NCBI GenBank assembly: GCA_015680685.1
Contig: MNCI01002568.1
Location: 128,844 to 192,843 of the forward strand
DNA from: Gnetum montanum
Lineage: Eukaryota > Plantae > Gnetophyta
Reading direction: 5' to 3'
Length of the DNA: 64,000 nt
A program made the translations under genes and the position numbers. The notes below the pieces were generated by a model that made no database searches, was not told where the DNA came from, and worked only from the letters and a program-made list of their open reading frames with translations. Position 1 is the first letter of the stretch, and each line of letters opens with the position of its first letter. Positions 13,901 through 28,720 of the stretch are shown one piece after another.

Positions 13901-16900
13901 TGAATTTAGAAAGATAGAGGAGAAGCACATTCCATGCATTAAAGTACCACACTCACAACATGCAAGTAGCGTATAGATGTCATGGAAGTGCAAAGGTGTC
14001 TGTACATAGCAACCACAAAAGAGGAGGGCACCTAGTGGCTAACATCTAAAGTAGAAAGAAGTTCAACCTTGTGCATGGAATAAACTGATAGTTTTACAAA
14101 TGCCTACGTTGAAGGCATGGATGAACTGGAGTAAGTTCATACCCAACTCTCCGATGAACATAATGAAACCAATTGGAGAGATTTGAAAATCACTGAGAAC
14201 TTCAAATAGAAGTCCCTTGAGTTAAATACTCTACCGGTTGAGATGGAGCTTTTCTAAATAATGGAAAGCTAGTCATCATCAATGCCAACCTTGCTTCTAT
14301 GCAAAAAAAAAAAAAGAAGTTTTTGGAGGTGGTCAACAAATGGCTAATAGCCTTCGCTTAGTCATATCATGAGCTAATTGAAATTGATCCAAGGATATGC
14401 CAACATTAAATTTACATAGATTCCTCCATTAAACCAAATAGGCAACTACAGTGGTTGAACCCCAAACTCAAGTAGATCATCAAGAAGAAGATTGGACAAC
14501 TCCTCAAGGTGGGGTTCATCTATCCCACTATGGATAGTGAGTGGGTTAGCCCACTTGTGATCATGCCAAAGAAAGGTGAGAAATGGAGGGTCTACATTGA
14601 TTTTAGACTATTGAACATGAAAACATTCAAGGATCATTTTCCTTTATCATTTTTGGACCAAGTGTTGGACACAATTTTTAGGAATTTCTATTATAGCTTT
14701 CTAGATGGTTATAGTGAATATAATCAAATCTAGATAGCACTGAATGATGAGGCCAAAACCACATTCACAAGTCCCCAACCAAATCTAGATAACACCAAAG
14801 GATCATGCCAAAACCACATTCACAAGTCCTTGGGAGACTTTTGCATACAGAAAGATGCCTTTCAGCCTATGCAATGCCCCTACAGCATTCCAACACCTTG
14901 TCCTCAACATCTTACAACAGCAAATCAATAGTTGGGTGGAGGTATTCATGGATGACTTCTCCACCTATGGGGCTACATTTGAGCAAGCCTTGGACAATCT
15001 TGAGCAAGTGCTGAAAAGGTGTATGGAGAAAAACCTTAGGTTCAACTAGCAGAAAAGCCACTTGATGGTCCAAGAGGACATTATTTTAGTGTACAAAATT
15101 TCATTAAAAGGGATTGAAAGGGATTGAGTAGACCCTAAAAAAATAAGGATCATCCAAGGAATAATCCCAATAACTAGAAATAGTTAAAGCTGTGAGGTCA
15201 TTCCTTGGTCATAATAGCTATTACTGGTACTTCATTGAGAATTTCTTTAAGATCACAAAACCATAGTGAAGCTGACAAAGAAGGATGTTCCATTTGTTTG
15301 GACTAAGGAATGCAAGCATGCATTCCAGAAAATCAAGTAGAAGCTCATGGAAACTTTGATTCTACAACTACTTGATTGGTCTAGACCCTTCCACATTATG
15401 ATGAATGTATCAAATTATGCCTTGGGAGTTGTGCTTACATAGTTGGATGATCAAAAACGTCCCTACTATATCCACTCTGTAAGTAGAAGCATTGTGAGTG
15501 CATAGATGAATTACACCACCATTGAGAAAGAACTAATGGCAATGGTGTATGCCTTGGAAAAATTCGAGCACTATGTGCTTGGATATAAGGTGTTTGTGCA
15601 CACAAACCATAGTGCAATTAGGTTCTTAATAAATAAGCCAATAATGAGCCCCCATGTCATAGGGTGGCTAGTAATCTTACAAGAGTTCAATCTAACCATG
15701 ATGGACAAAAAGGGAATTGAAAATGTGATAGCTGACCACTTGTCTCAATTGAGATGGAACAACAAAGAGGAAGAAAGCTCACTTTCTAATCAATTTTCTA
15801 ATGAACTCATCTTTGATATAGTTGTTACTAAACAATAGCCCAAGGAAGACAACTGGGATGATGGCATCCTCACCTGTGTACTCTCTCAGGAGATGCCATA
15901 AGAATGGAACAACACAAAGAAATAATAATTTCTTCACCAAGTTAAACACTTCATGGAAATCAATAGACACCTTTACAAGGTGTGTGCCAATGGCCTACTT
16001 TGATGATGTTTTCTTGATGATGATGAACTACATGTTCTCCAAGACGCTTACGAGGGTCCTTATGGGGACCATTATGTTGGGATGAACAACTATTAAAATC
16101 CTCATGGCATGGTATTACTGGCCAACACTTTTCAAGGATGCCCATCACTTCATCCACTTTTGTGAACACTATCAATGTGATGATGGGATGACCGCTTGCA
16201 TGGAGGACTCTTAGCAGTGGATCTAACCACTAGAGCCCTTCAACATTTGGGGCATCAATTTTATGGGATCCATCACTCCCATGTCTAATGGGAAGGTGTA
16301 CATCATAGTAGTCATTAACTACTGCACCAAATGGGCAAAAGGTATGGCCATTACTAATTACACATCCCCTACAGTGGCCCAATTTGTACAACAACATGTG
16401 GTAAATAAATTGGGGGTGCCACATGCACTTATTTATGGCAATGGAACTCACTTTACAAGCCCCACTTTTCAAAAGCTCATGCAACACTTATGGGTTGAAC
16501 AAAAACTAACTCCATGCCACCGCGAAGCCAACGATCAAGCAGAGGTTACCAATAGGGAGATAACAAAGATACGAACATGAACCTTTAGTAAATATAGGAT
16601 GGATTGGAGTACCAAACTCAAAAATGCTCTTTGGGCCTATCGCTACACTTGGGAACTTCCTATCTATTACTCTCCCTATGAGCTCATGTACAGAAAATTA
16701 CCAACTCTTCCTATCCAAGAGAAACTTTGTACACTATCAACAACTTGTGACCTCTACCTTGACTTGAGCCTAGCACAGAAAGAATGGTTAATGAATCTCA
16801 ACTTGCTAGATGAGGCCTGACTAGTGGCCTTATCATCTAACGAAGTGCACAATGCATATAATAAACAATGACATGACCTTAGAATCAGAAAAGTAAAATT

Positions 16901-17100
16901 TCTACTAAGAGATAAGGTCCTATACTAGAATCCCATACATGTACCATAACTAACTAAGTTCCAAATTTTGTGAGAGGGACATTATATTATCTATGAAACC
17001 TATCCATCTAGGGTCATGTTAATATACAAACTTGACAGCCAAAACAAAAAGCTATTAGTTAATAATCAATAGATAAAGCCTTTCTAAGAAATCAAGATAG
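10933..17100 (+). pseudogene. gag-pol polyprotein of element A (many stops and frameshifts)
   Basis: Gag capsid (DPQNHLQAFHDAC, KLKLFPM) about 11930-12300; PR end FPIIMGRAWL; RT SEWVSPLV, DHFPL, MPFSLCNAP, VFMDDFS; RH NYTTIEKELMA, NVIADHLS; INT fragments 16263-16820. Confidence 0.92.
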
Positions 17101-19058
17101 CCAACAATAACAACATCTCAATCAATGGACAAGCACACTCCATTTTTTAGATCTCCTTCTTTCAAATCAATTGTGGGGGAGATCGCCATCCATACTAAAA
17201 TCAATTAATGTGGCTCCTCGGTTTTTACTTCTTCTTTTTTTACATCATTTTTAGCATGTTTTTTTCTTTCTGGATTATTTTACAATTTTTTTTTATATTT
17301 TCTCTTATTTGGTTTAGATTCTTCTTATGTTTTTCTTTTATTTCTTTATTGCTACTAGGACTTCATGCAACTATAGCTATCAACTAATGGTGGTTTGTAC
17401 TTTATAATGTTATTTGATCATGAATGTTTGGATTCTATCTTTGATTTTTGATGTTGATAACTAAGTCATGGTTCCTTTTCATGATAACAGGTAGTGAGTC
17501 CACATCATCCACTAATCCACACCACTCTATGGTGTTCCCTTGGTTTGGAAGGATAAAGTTCCTTCTTAAATGTAACTTTTAATGAACTTGTGACCTTGGT
17601 ATTTTTGAAAATTGGGATGAATTAAAAGGATTGATAAGGATGTGACTTCATGGAGATTTAACACTTTTTATGCTTGCCTACCCTCTTGGGTGCATCAATA
17701 TCTTCATAGGTCCTTTGTCATTCCTATGTTGACCAATAATAGGAAGCTAAGTCTTTGCATGGTGGGGTTACCATCCAAAAAATCCAACAAAAAAAACAAT
17801 AATTGGAATTCAAAGCACATCCTTTAGACTCAATTACAAGCTACAAGCACTGGTTATGGGGTTAGAAAAACATGTTACCCATGCCTAAAGGCCCCCTCTA
17901 ACTAAGGTCCTTCTCCTTCCTACTTCTCTTTAATTCTCTTTTTGGAATGGTGATTGATCTATGGGGATGTTCTTATGCCCTAGAGGGTGGAAGTGGACTA
18001 GTCTAAGAGTGTTAATGTGAAGTCACTAGCAGTGGATGATTTTAATTTGAACTAAGGATGGACATTATCAGGTCATATTAACCACAAAATCCACAAGGGA
18101 CTTCATGTGGCCATGATATGGGACTCCATTCCACACTCTACTTCATCCACCTATGCTTCCAATAACTCACCTCGCTACATTTTCTCATGTTTGTTTCAAT
18201 GTCTTGGTTTGATATGGTCTAAGTTTTTTTTATAGTTTCCTTGGTAATTTGGTCCTTAACTAACCATAACCATTAGTCATCCATGGGGCCCACAAACTCC
18301 TTGCTTTGAGGGCATGTAAGGACATCAAGGGCATTAGCCTACTATGGGAAGGACCTACTTACATACTCCTTGGTTGGGATGGTTAAGTTCCTCAACCCTT
18401 TAGCAATTTCACATTTAAAGCCTTCATACTCCATGTTAATTACATCTAGTTTCGCACTCCTTAATTAAAATTCTCCAAAAAAAAAATTCATTTTTATGAA
18501 TATTCTCATCCTTTTCATGCATTCCATCATGTTTTAGGATTTTTTGGATTTTTTGGACTCCATTTTTATGCCAAAACTCTTTCTTTATTTTCAACTATGT
18601 TAACATGACCTCGTCTCAATGCAATATATAATCTGCCTATAAATAACACAACACTTAGCACATTTTGCACATTTTCTCTCAAATGCACAAGGAGTGTTTA
18701 CCATTTCAAGAGCCTAGAGCCTTCCAAAGCCCATAACTCATGAATCACTTATCTAATTAACTCTGTTCTTCAATCCTATAGCTATTAGAGATGAGATATA
18801 TGTCGTGGGGGCCATAAACCTTAGGTTTTTAACAAAAAAATTTTCTAGCTCCTAAAAGGTTTAACTAATAAAATAATATTAAAATCACAAACTCATGAGA
18901 GTTAAACCTTTCCAATGAACTCTGGTAGCTATCTAATTAAAATAATCAATCCACCATAATCACAAGTTAGCCTCAGTGTAACTGCTCAAAAGAGACAAGG
19001 TATCAAACCATCCAAGTTACACACTAAATGATAATTATTGGTCATGTTGTGATTATAG

Positions 19059-21852
19059 ATGGCACCCAGAAGAAGGGATAAATGTGGAGCAAAGGTGGGA
19101 CCATCCTAGCTAAGGGACAAGTAACCAAGAACTGGAAGGGACCAATAACCAAAGTAGCCCTAAGAGCAACCAGCCGAAATGCATGCAACGAAACCTCTTT
19201 GGGAGGAGCTCAAAGTGCAATCTATCTAGCAAATTCCCAAAGCTGAAACAGAGCAATCCCACCAGGATGAGGAATCATGACCAAGGTCCTACATTAAGTC
19301 ACTTTGACAGATGCCTTCCTTCAACAAATTCATTCCAAGGAGATTCAAAGTTCAATTCTTCAAAAGCTAAACTTTGGTCCTTTCTTGGAGTTTGCTCTAG
19401 AGGAAGTCAAGACTCAACTACAAAATTCTTCCATGTGGCCCATTCTCACTTCCCGTGGAGAATGGTACATGGGGAAAACAAACCTGTTTTGGAACAACAA
19501 GCAGACTGATGCTACTATGAAGATCAAATACATTAATGTTTCCTACTTGGTGGAGGCCATCTCTTAGGCCCTCGAGTTGCCAAAAACTAGGTTAACACTA
19601 GCAGAAATATCAACTCAAGAGAACCCATAGGTGAAAAGGAGTGGGTCCAGCAGTGCTACTGAGCTAACCATAAGAAGCATGGTGTACTAACCAAGGTAGA
19701 AAATATGTACTTCAATATCGTAGCCTACCACCTCAATCCAACAATGAGGCCAAGCAAAGTCATGGCCTTCTCTGCCTATGTGTGTGCCACTCTGAGTGGG
19801 AAATTTCTAGTCAATCTCCCACAACTAATCTATCTTGAGATAGATAAGCACTTTAAGGAAAATAAGCATGGGAGAAAGGTACTTCCCTTCTCGTGCCTAA
19901 TTTAAAAATTATGTAGAAGGGAAGGGATAGCGCACTATTCCAATGACATACTTCAACATGCTCTTCTCACCTCGTAGGCAAAAATGATGAAAGATAAAGT
20001 TCCATCAAAAGTTCAAGAAGAAGAGCAACCACCATCACCCACCACTTGGGAAATAAGGAGGCTTGCACTACCATTGAATGCATGCAAAAACTACATGAAC
20101 AACTCCTAGAGTAGTAGCAGGCTCGATTGAGTGGTAAGCCCTCTATCTACTAACTAGCACTGAGCCTTCTAAATGAAGTCACTCGTACAATCACCTAGTT
20201 GGAGAAAAAAGCACCAATGTTTTCTACCCAATGAATGTAGGCACTTGCAATATCGAATCCAAGTACCTTCTTGATGTGCCTAGAGAAGGATGTAGGGGCA
20301 ATTATCTTGGTGATGTAGCACCAAGGGCAGGAAATAGTAACAAAGGTGATGGATGATAGAGTTGGTGAGGCATTGAATGCTCCTGCAATTTCCATTCCTA
20401 ATATTGCTACACTTCGAGACATGTAGACATCTGCAAGAGCAAGTGGGAGGTTTAGCACAGCCTAGCATGAAGAATGCTGGATTGACTAGTTGGGGTTGGG
20501 CAACTAATTTTGAAGGTCTTTGACCTTCCAAACAACATAACTACAACCTAGTCAATTCTCTTGGAGGTTGATGGAAAGTGCATCATTGCTAATGCCCAAC
20601 TTGAAGCAGTTGCATCTAAAAATCAGCACTTGGCTACTGAAGTTGTTGAATTGAGAGCCCGTCGTGCTAATCCCACTATCCTTGGCCAAGCCATAACCAA
20701 ATATAAAGCTCTTCTATAGCTTTAAGAAAAAATTAAAGTAACTGAGAACACTAAGGAGACTATGATCTTTGAGGCATTCATCATAAAAGCCATGGCCTAA
20801 AATACTGAAAAAGACCTTTGAGAGATCCTTAAGGAGAATGCAATTTTGACCAAGAACAACTATTGCTTGCACAATGTTGAAACTTAGAAGGACCATATGG
20901 TTGATTTCCTAAGATAATAGTAGGATCATCTTGCCAAGGTAACCATGGATCTGAGGAGGTTGGCTCTAGAAAATAGAAATCTCTCGATGGATGAAGTCTG
21001 AGCTCTTTGCCAAAAATCAGCAATTGAGATCGTTTCCTGGAAAAATGAGGTCCTCAAGTTCAAAAGGGTCAAAAATCACTACAAGGACTAGGTTGGCCTT
21101 CTCAAAGAGGTTGATGAAAAGCAAATCCAGCCAGCTAGTGAAGACAAAGGTGAATGAAGCCCTCTAGTAGCTCCAACAAGGAGGCGACATGTTGTAGCCC
21201 ATATTTGATGAACTGAATGCATACAACAAAGCAAAACTCTACCTCAAGGAGCTACAAATCGAGGAGATGATAGAGTACATGGAGCTAACCAACCTTCATT
21301 ATACAAACTTGGCAATGTTGATTGCTAGAAGGCCAAGGTCAAAATTGAAGAAGCAAGTGGCCAACTCATACCTCTTGTACAAGGTAGAGTTCAAGCATCA
21401 TAAGGAGATAAAGCAAAATTTAGAAATGGCCAATGCTAAACTCAAAGTTCTTAGAACATGATTCATAGACCAAAGATAAATAGTTGATAACCTAACCCAT
21501 AGAATGAATGACTACTATGAGCTATAGAATGTTGTCAAAGCATTCAACATTGAACGCAAACAATTCACTATCTAGTTTGTTAATGTTAAGGAGTTGTTTA
21601 TTATCATGCCCTATCCATGGGATGTTCCTATACTGGCCCACATTGGTGATGTTTTGTGGACCGTGTATGATCCCTAGAGTAAGGAGGTAAAGATGAAAGC
21701 ATTAGCTAGATGTATTTCATCTTCCACCAATAGTCATAGTTGCAGCAAGATAGCCATAATAGCCATAGCCCCAACCTTAACAACCATGTGTACCAAAGGT
21801 AGGAGAAGATCCTTCGGCATCTCAAGAGCCTCCACCTCTTGGGATTGTCTAA
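19059..21852 (+). pseudogene. Athila-like accessory (env-position) ORF, copy 2
   Basis: Starts MAPRRR after GATTATAG; LNFGPFLEF...WPILTSRGEWYMG, YFNIVAYHLNP...VLPFSCLI, coiled coil, MIEYMELTNLHYTNLAML; ends EPPPLGIV*. Confidence 0.85.
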
Positions 21853-22088
21853 CTTTCTTCTCATCTTCAACTACCATAGGGGTTCAACTATCAATTTTAT
21901 GATGGTGTTCAATTTTCTTTTCATGAACACCTATTTTTGTAAAAGTTGTAAATTTGTACACTTGGGCACTTAGTGTCAATTTGAGTCAATCTAAGTTAGT
22001 CAGTCAGTCAGTCAACAATTCCATACCTTTCCAAAATTTGGTAAAGAACTTTTTCCTTCTTTGGTACACTCAAGGGCAAGTTTTCATT

Positions 22089-22102
22089 CAGTCATGGGGG
22101 TA
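22089..22102 (+). promoter_or_regulatory. Polypurine tract of element A
   Basis: CAGTCATGGGGGTA immediately before the 3' LTR TGATGAG. Confidence 0.8.
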
Positions 22103-22968
22103 TGATGAGTCATCATTGTTTAGACTACATTAACGTGATCTTGTTGACATGTACCGATCGATGTAGCTATGTCGATGCATACCCATCAACATAGCTATGT
22201 TGACACATACCCGTCGATGCATGATTTGATGCATCAACACATACACATCAAAAAAATGTCTAGTATTGGATATATAAATGCACACACCTACCACATTTAA
22301 GGCATTCTTTCATTAGTAGGATAGTGAAGCTCTTGCAATTTGTTCTTTTGAGAGTTAGAATATTTTCTAAATGCCCGCAGTAGGAGTTGAGAAGTGTACA
22401 AATCTTTACTCAAGCACTTATGTACCTAGACACTTTAGTGTGAACAACAATAAAGATAAGCTTAATGATAAACCTTGCATCACTTGGAAATAGCATGATA
22501 TTTACTTTAAAGCACTTTACTGTTATGCAATTTACTTTCATGCATTTAATTATCAATTGAATATGGATAATTAATGCACATAAGTATGACCATTTTAAGC
22601 ATACGTTAATGCTTGGTAATCCTAGTAGTATAGCAACGTGTTCAAGATGTGTACAGCATATGGGAATGGATGTTTATGTTAGGATTAGTTAAGGTGTTAG
22701 ATAGTTTCTAGATTAATTAAGAATTTAATTACTTTATTTTCACACTTGGGAGAAATCGATAAAAATATAAAAGTTATGCAAATCATGTATCTTAGTTACA
22801 TTTAACCATACCCTTGAACCTCACTAGGAAGACAACAATCATGTCCTTGAAATTCACCACCTAGATATTGTGTACTTAGAGAGCTAATGTCTATGAAATT
22901 CGACCAAATCGCTTAGTAAATGCTAATGATTCGTATGGTTGCACATCGGGACTACTTGTTGCTCATCA
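22103..22968 (+). repeat. 3' LTR of element A
   Basis: TGATGAG...GCTCATCA termini; RTCGAY/ATGCAT repeats before the TATA box. Confidence 0.92.
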
Positions 22969-25010
22969 AACATTATAATAGATTTGTTTTGTTATCCTCT
23001 TGATTTAAGGACATGGTTTATTTACTTTAATTTATCATATCTATTTTGTTCCATTTCACAGATTTGCTTTTCCTAACCATGTACACTTTGCTTCTTCATA
23101 GATCTCATTCTGTGTAACGTTTTTCTTTTACATTGCATTTTACATAGGGTTTTTTCTTTTCATTGCATCTACTTTATTTTTACCAACTATTTCATACACT
23201 CTTTTTCACTTGTTATTTACTTCTCTTTGTAAAAACAATGTCTCAAATTATTGGAATTTCTAATGATCTACAGGTCCTCCTTTAATTTAGAGATTCATTT
23301 CTTTGGATCATTTGGTGACCATAGGATGCTTATCTTGTTTTGCGTAGGGTGGTTTTGAATCTCAAATTTACAATGATTATGACTAAAACATCTTTTTCAT
23401 GTTGGAAGAAGGAAAATTTGTACAAATTAGTGTTATTTCTAGGATCTACTTATTTAAAAAATTTCTTTAAGTATGACTAACACATCACATCAAAACAATG
23501 ATGTCATGTCATTTCTTCTCTAAATTTTACATTTGTCCTAAAAAGATACTCCACTCTCTGTTTCAAGTTCAAACTTGATTGCAGGAAAAATCGAAGATTT
23601 GGTAATGACCTTATGAACTCACAATTATTGCTAAAACACATCTACAATAATGGCATCATCTTCTAATTCAAAATTTTTAAGCTCTAAAGACTTACTGATT
23701 TGAGAAAAGGTCAAGGATTTTCTAAAGGGGTAAACCAAAGAAACTACAAGACAGTCTATGCCAAGTCAAAGCTAGGCTTCTTACTTGCATTAGATATGTT
23801 CAAGATAATGGTAGAATATGAGAGAGCAAATGATCTTCCTTCTTTCCTTCCTAATTTAAATTATCCCATTAAACTAGATCATGAGGAAGCTAAGGATATT
23901 GTAAAATCCATTATGAAATAAGAAAAAAATACACTTATCAATTGAAGAAGCTAAGATGAAAACTATCCTAGATTAGCCTTTTGGTCTGTACATTATTGTT
24001 AGAGGAAAAAAGGGAAGTGTAGCCTCAAAATAAAACATTCATTTGATTGATAAAGATGAAGAATTTCTAGTTGAAGGGTCTAATAAGACTAATCCTCTTT
24101 CACATCATATACATAACATTAATGTCATGACACCTCAAAACTCTTCCTCTGGATCTATTTCTTCTAGCATAGAACTATCTAACCTCAGTCTTCCATTAAG
24201 TTCTAATCCTTCATCTTATCATCTATTTTCTCCTAATAATACTAGTAACTCTCATTCTTTTTTTCAATCCCCTAATCCATTTTCTAGATTCATATATTCT
24301 ATCCTTCAACCCTAACCTACCGTGCCTTTATTTTCTTCTATTCCATTGCTTGTTGTTATCATCTTGTTAATGTTTAACATTATCCAACCATGTAATAATA
24401 GCCTTTCCCCCTATATCTACCTAATTTTGTTTCATTGGATATACTCACTTCCATAGCATTTGAACCCATTTCATACATTCATTCCCCTTTGATATCATCA
24501 TTTATTACTGTGGCTTAACCTACCTCTCACTTCTTTGGAACAAATCCACAATTGTTAGCACAATGATATAATGTTTCATCTTCAAAGCATTGAAGATAAA
24601 GCAGCTAAGGCATTGGTCATGCAAGAAGGCTCTTCTATTTCCTTGGATCAAGTTCTAAGTGATCATATGAGCTCTATCATTCCCATGTAAGTTTTTCCTA
24701 AGGGGATTTCACTATCATCCTTTATAATGTTTAATGGTGAAACTAGGAATCCTATTAATCATGTAGTTACCTTTAGAAATAAATGCATACTTCTTGCCAC
24801 TTATCCTCACATCATGTTAAGATGTTTCTCTAACTCTCTCTCTAGAAGAGCACTAGACAACAACATCAACCAAATTACCTTATCATTTAGAGGAATGCCA
24901 CTTATATAACATTTTCAAAGCTATAATTATTGACTATATTTTGAAGAGAACGGATTATCCTAAGCCTCATTCTCTAAATGATGCTTTCCTGGCTATCAGA
25001 TGCATTGAAG

Positions 25011-25078
25011 AAGCTACCATTCAACATAGTAACCAAGAATTCCTAAGCTACCATTCAACATAGTAACCAAGAATTCCT
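25011..25078. repeat. Perfect 34-bp tandem duplication
   Basis: AAGCTACCATTCAACATAGTAACCAAGAATTCCT x2. Confidence 0.9.
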
Positions 25079-28000
25079 ATCAATCCATAAAAAAATCTAA
25101 CAAAGTTATAAAACAAGAGAAGGGACAACCATTACCTCAAGGTGTTTCTTCTTTTTCTAAGAGACAACTCAACAATGGAGACCTCAAAGAAATAAATATC
25201 AACACACTAATATACCTATGAGGTATTCTCTACTTTTTAATAAATTTTTTAAGGATAAACACCTTAAGAGGAAATAAGTTTCTGATTAGGTAAGAGAATG
25301 TTATTGTTATATTCATCTTATAGCAATGGACTCTTTTCAAAGTCAAGAAGGTGACCCTGAGGTACCTAAGTGGAATGACTACCATAAGTACTGTTATTAT
25401 CATGAGACCACCAATCATGACACAAATAACTATAGAAATATGAAGGATGACATTAAATTAAACATCTCATAGATAAGGGTAAAATAGTAGTGGAAAATGA
25501 GCCATCTACCCTGCATTTGGATAATTAGCAACTGAAAGTATTTCAAAATTCCTTAGGAGTTAGAAACACTATTTTAGCTTTTAAGCCAAAATATAAAGCT
25601 CGCAACTTTCCACCTAGGGAGTTATATATCATTCATTGATTAGACTATGAGCATCACTAATAGCCTTCATTGCAATTTCAAAAGTCTTATGTAATTTTTT
25701 GGTCATATTACACTACTCATTCATTAAGGTCATGTCACTCTTCTCTGCCTCCTTATCATATTAATGCAACCATGACTAACCAACATCCTATTATATCTTG
25801 TCTCATTACACATCCCTATCACTCCACTCCGATACTTAACCCATCTATTCTTCTTACTTCCATCCCATTCTATACTACTTTTGAATCTCAAAAGATCCCT
25901 TCACCTGCTACATCCCAAACATCTAGTCATCCCTTTTCATCACCCCAAGTAAGAATCCTTACCCATAGCAAATGGATCAATGAGTCACAATCAAACAAAT
26001 AGAAAGAGAAGGCTGCTAATGCATCCAAACAACTTTCCAAAATGTCAAAGAAGGTCTCTTTCCAACAATAACATGAACTTGTTCTTTCAAGTGGTCTCCC
26101 ACTTACATCTAATTCTAGATAGCTAGTCATAGTGGCATCTGCTCCACAATTAACTGAATCCATGGATAATAAATTCCTACAACAAATGACTACTATTGTC
26201 CATTCAAAAGAAACTAACTTATCCTTATATGACCTCATAGTAATCTCTAAAGAGAATTATCCTACTTTATATAATGTTCTTAAGAGTATAGTGGTCCCAA
26301 GTGACATTGAAGCTCAAAAAGAAGTTATTTCATCCTTCCTTCGAGTCCCTCACTATGGATCAAATAGTTTGAACTTTTGTGGTGAGAATATCAAGAATGA
26401 TTTGAAGCTAGGAAATATCTATTAGCTACCATTCTACATTAATATCAAAGTGTTGCCTAATGCTTCAATCCCACTAATATAGGTTGATGATGGTGATGGA
26501 TCTAACACGATCACATGGCCTGTTATCAAATGTCTAAGTCTTCATGATCAAGTAATTTTCAATGAAACTTGTACTAATCTTGTTTCCTTTAATGGTACAC
26601 AAGTAGAAGTTATAGGTTCCATTTAGTTACCATTCATAGTAGGTGATTCTGTATAGTTTGAAGCTTTTTTCATGGTCATACCTAAATGTCCTAGTGTAAA
26701 TGGAATACTAGAATGCCCTTGGCTAGCTCAACATCACATAGTGTCATCTTCTATACATCAAGAAATTCATCTTCTCTTTTGAGACCATAAAATAATCATT
26801 TCAACTAATACACAAATTTTGAGTGTTTCTCATCTAGATTGTGAAGCATGGCCTTATCAACTTAGCAATGAACTTGCTAACATTAAAGTTGACCCTATAG
26901 GCAAATTGAAAGTTATCTCTTCCTTTAAGGACTTTATTGGTACCAAAGACTTGGTAGACCTAAATGTTGAGTCTATTCCTAATATTATATCTGTTGACTT
27001 AGGCTTTGAAGAACTTGACATGCTTGCTCCTAAGGAAAAAGCTTCTCCTTATCCTTCTTACACGACTAGAAGTTTATTGTTGATACAATAACATTAGATG
27101 TATAAGCTTCAAAAAACTAATTTCTTTTATTTGTTGTTTTTCCTAAGTGGTGGACTTTTACTATCGCCTATTATGACCAATGTTAAAAGTTTGTATTAAT
27201 ACTTAATCACTCTTCTACTTCTTTTTCTTTTGTGTTAGCTAGCAACATTGGTTGGTAAGCAATGATACAATATTAACTTGCTACATCGTTTTATGTTGGT
27301 ATAGTGAGGACTTGAAATCTACCTTAGAAGTAACATTTACTTCTCTCCACCCCTAAGCAAACAACATGTCTTCTATCTATAATTCACAAAATAAAACATG
27401 CAAGCACATGCACTTCATTTCTAGTTGCATAACCGAAAAAATTCTCTAAATGCTTGAAACCAGGTAGCATCACGGGTTTCTGATCCCCATAACAAAATCA
27501 AAGTTAAAGCTTAAATGTAAGCTTCAAAATCCTGTAGATTATTTACTCTTACTAAATTTAAGCATAGCATCGCATTTGCTAGCAAAATTCTACACAAATT
27601 TCATGATTTGTTCTTAAGCAATCTTACTAGTTGAGCTTTGTATCTCAGCTCTCCATGTTGCTTTTCATAATTGGTGTTCAGATCAAGATAACAACATGTG
27701 ATGCATTGAGTAAAATCTCAAAGAACAATGACAAGTTGCTCTTCAACATTTACATGAATATCAAAAAGACATTTAACATCATCACTCTAGACATATCAAA
27801 ATCAAAGAAATTCATGAAGGCTATTAGTCCAAACTCTAGAGATACAAAGTTTTCCCCCAGCTAACAAGGTCTTTTTTAATGGTTCAATTTTTACAAAATG
27901 ATGTCTATATTCTATCTCACCTAGAGGGACATCAATTTCTAGATCCTCTTAACAGAATTTTTCTAAAATGCTACTACATGCAGCCAATTTGATTGTTTGA

Positions 28001-28184
28001 GACCAAACATGTATTCTCCTAGTGACAATCTACTTTTTACTAGCTTTTTCATACTAGGTCAAGATAACAAGTTTGTTCTAAACTCTATTTTATTTTGCAT
28101 TATTCTGCTCTCTATCTTATATTTTACTATTTCTTTAGCTATTTTCTATATATTTCCCTATGCTATCAATCTTGTTCTAATCTA

Positions 28185-28720
28185 TGTGCTTGGAGTAAGG
28201 TCACTTCATTTGCTTTAACCCTTCAAACATACAATGAACCAAAATATATGAAGACAATTCAATTTGTTAAAAAACAAAAAAAATTAACTATCTTCAATTA
28301 ATTAAGAAGATTACAATACAATGGTCCCATACCCCACAAATCTCACAAATTACTCACACTCAATGATATTGCAAAGCATGGGGCTTTACAACCACACAAC
28401 AATTGACGTTAATATAGAGCATAATCGAGCTAGATCTCTCCTCCACACAACTAACATCCATCATAACACATACACGAAAAGCTAGAATGGTTAAACACAC
28501 AATAGACCATAAAGATGCACACACACTCATGTAATCTCTTTCAACCAAACTCTCATGTGCTCCACTCTCCTCTAATGCTATAATAATGCATGCTAATGCT
28601 ATAATTTTTAACCACATATTGCTTATTCTCATCAATTTTATAACAATCTACACAATGCATAAACTCAACTCTCCTAGCATATAAAATACATCCAATGACT
28701 CTTCCTTTGCTGGTCTTATT
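28185..28720 (-). mobile_element. Solo or partial LTR related to the CRM-like family
   Basis: GAGTAAGGTCACT...AAGAAGATTA...CTCAATGATATTGCAAAGCA matches 38772-39100 and 55245-55500. Confidence 0.75.

Larger units (their letters stand above)
9945..22968 (+). mobile_element. Full-length Athila-like Ty3/Gypsy element A (about 13 kb): LTR-PBS-gag-pol-spacer-accessory ORF-PPT-LTR, pseudogenised
   Basis: Paired LTRs 9945-10783 and 22103-22968, near-TSD ACCAT/AACAT, domain order gag, PR, RT, RH, INT, then an extra ORF. Confidence 0.92.
9290..27100 (+). mobile_element. Tat/Ogre-like Ty3/Gypsy remnant (LTR-like 5' part, gag, protease) interrupted by Athila-like element A
   Basis: CCTATAAATAGG TATA at about 9596; gag core FNGETRNPINHVVTFRNKC...MLRCFSNSLSRRAL (24727-24909); protease-like PFYINIKV...VDDGDGSNTI...GILECPWL at about 26430-26730; no RT seen. 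Linking the two flanks and the boundaries are inference. Confidence 0.55.

Noticed and set aside
14722-14832. Approximately 55-bp duplication inside RT, as a possible programmed recoding signal
   Set aside because: A diverged tandem duplication in an already pseudogenised pol; best explained as post-insertion decay.
27120-28180. Possible DNA-transposon or LINE relic
   Set aside because: No TIRs, TSD or diagnostic protein motif identified.
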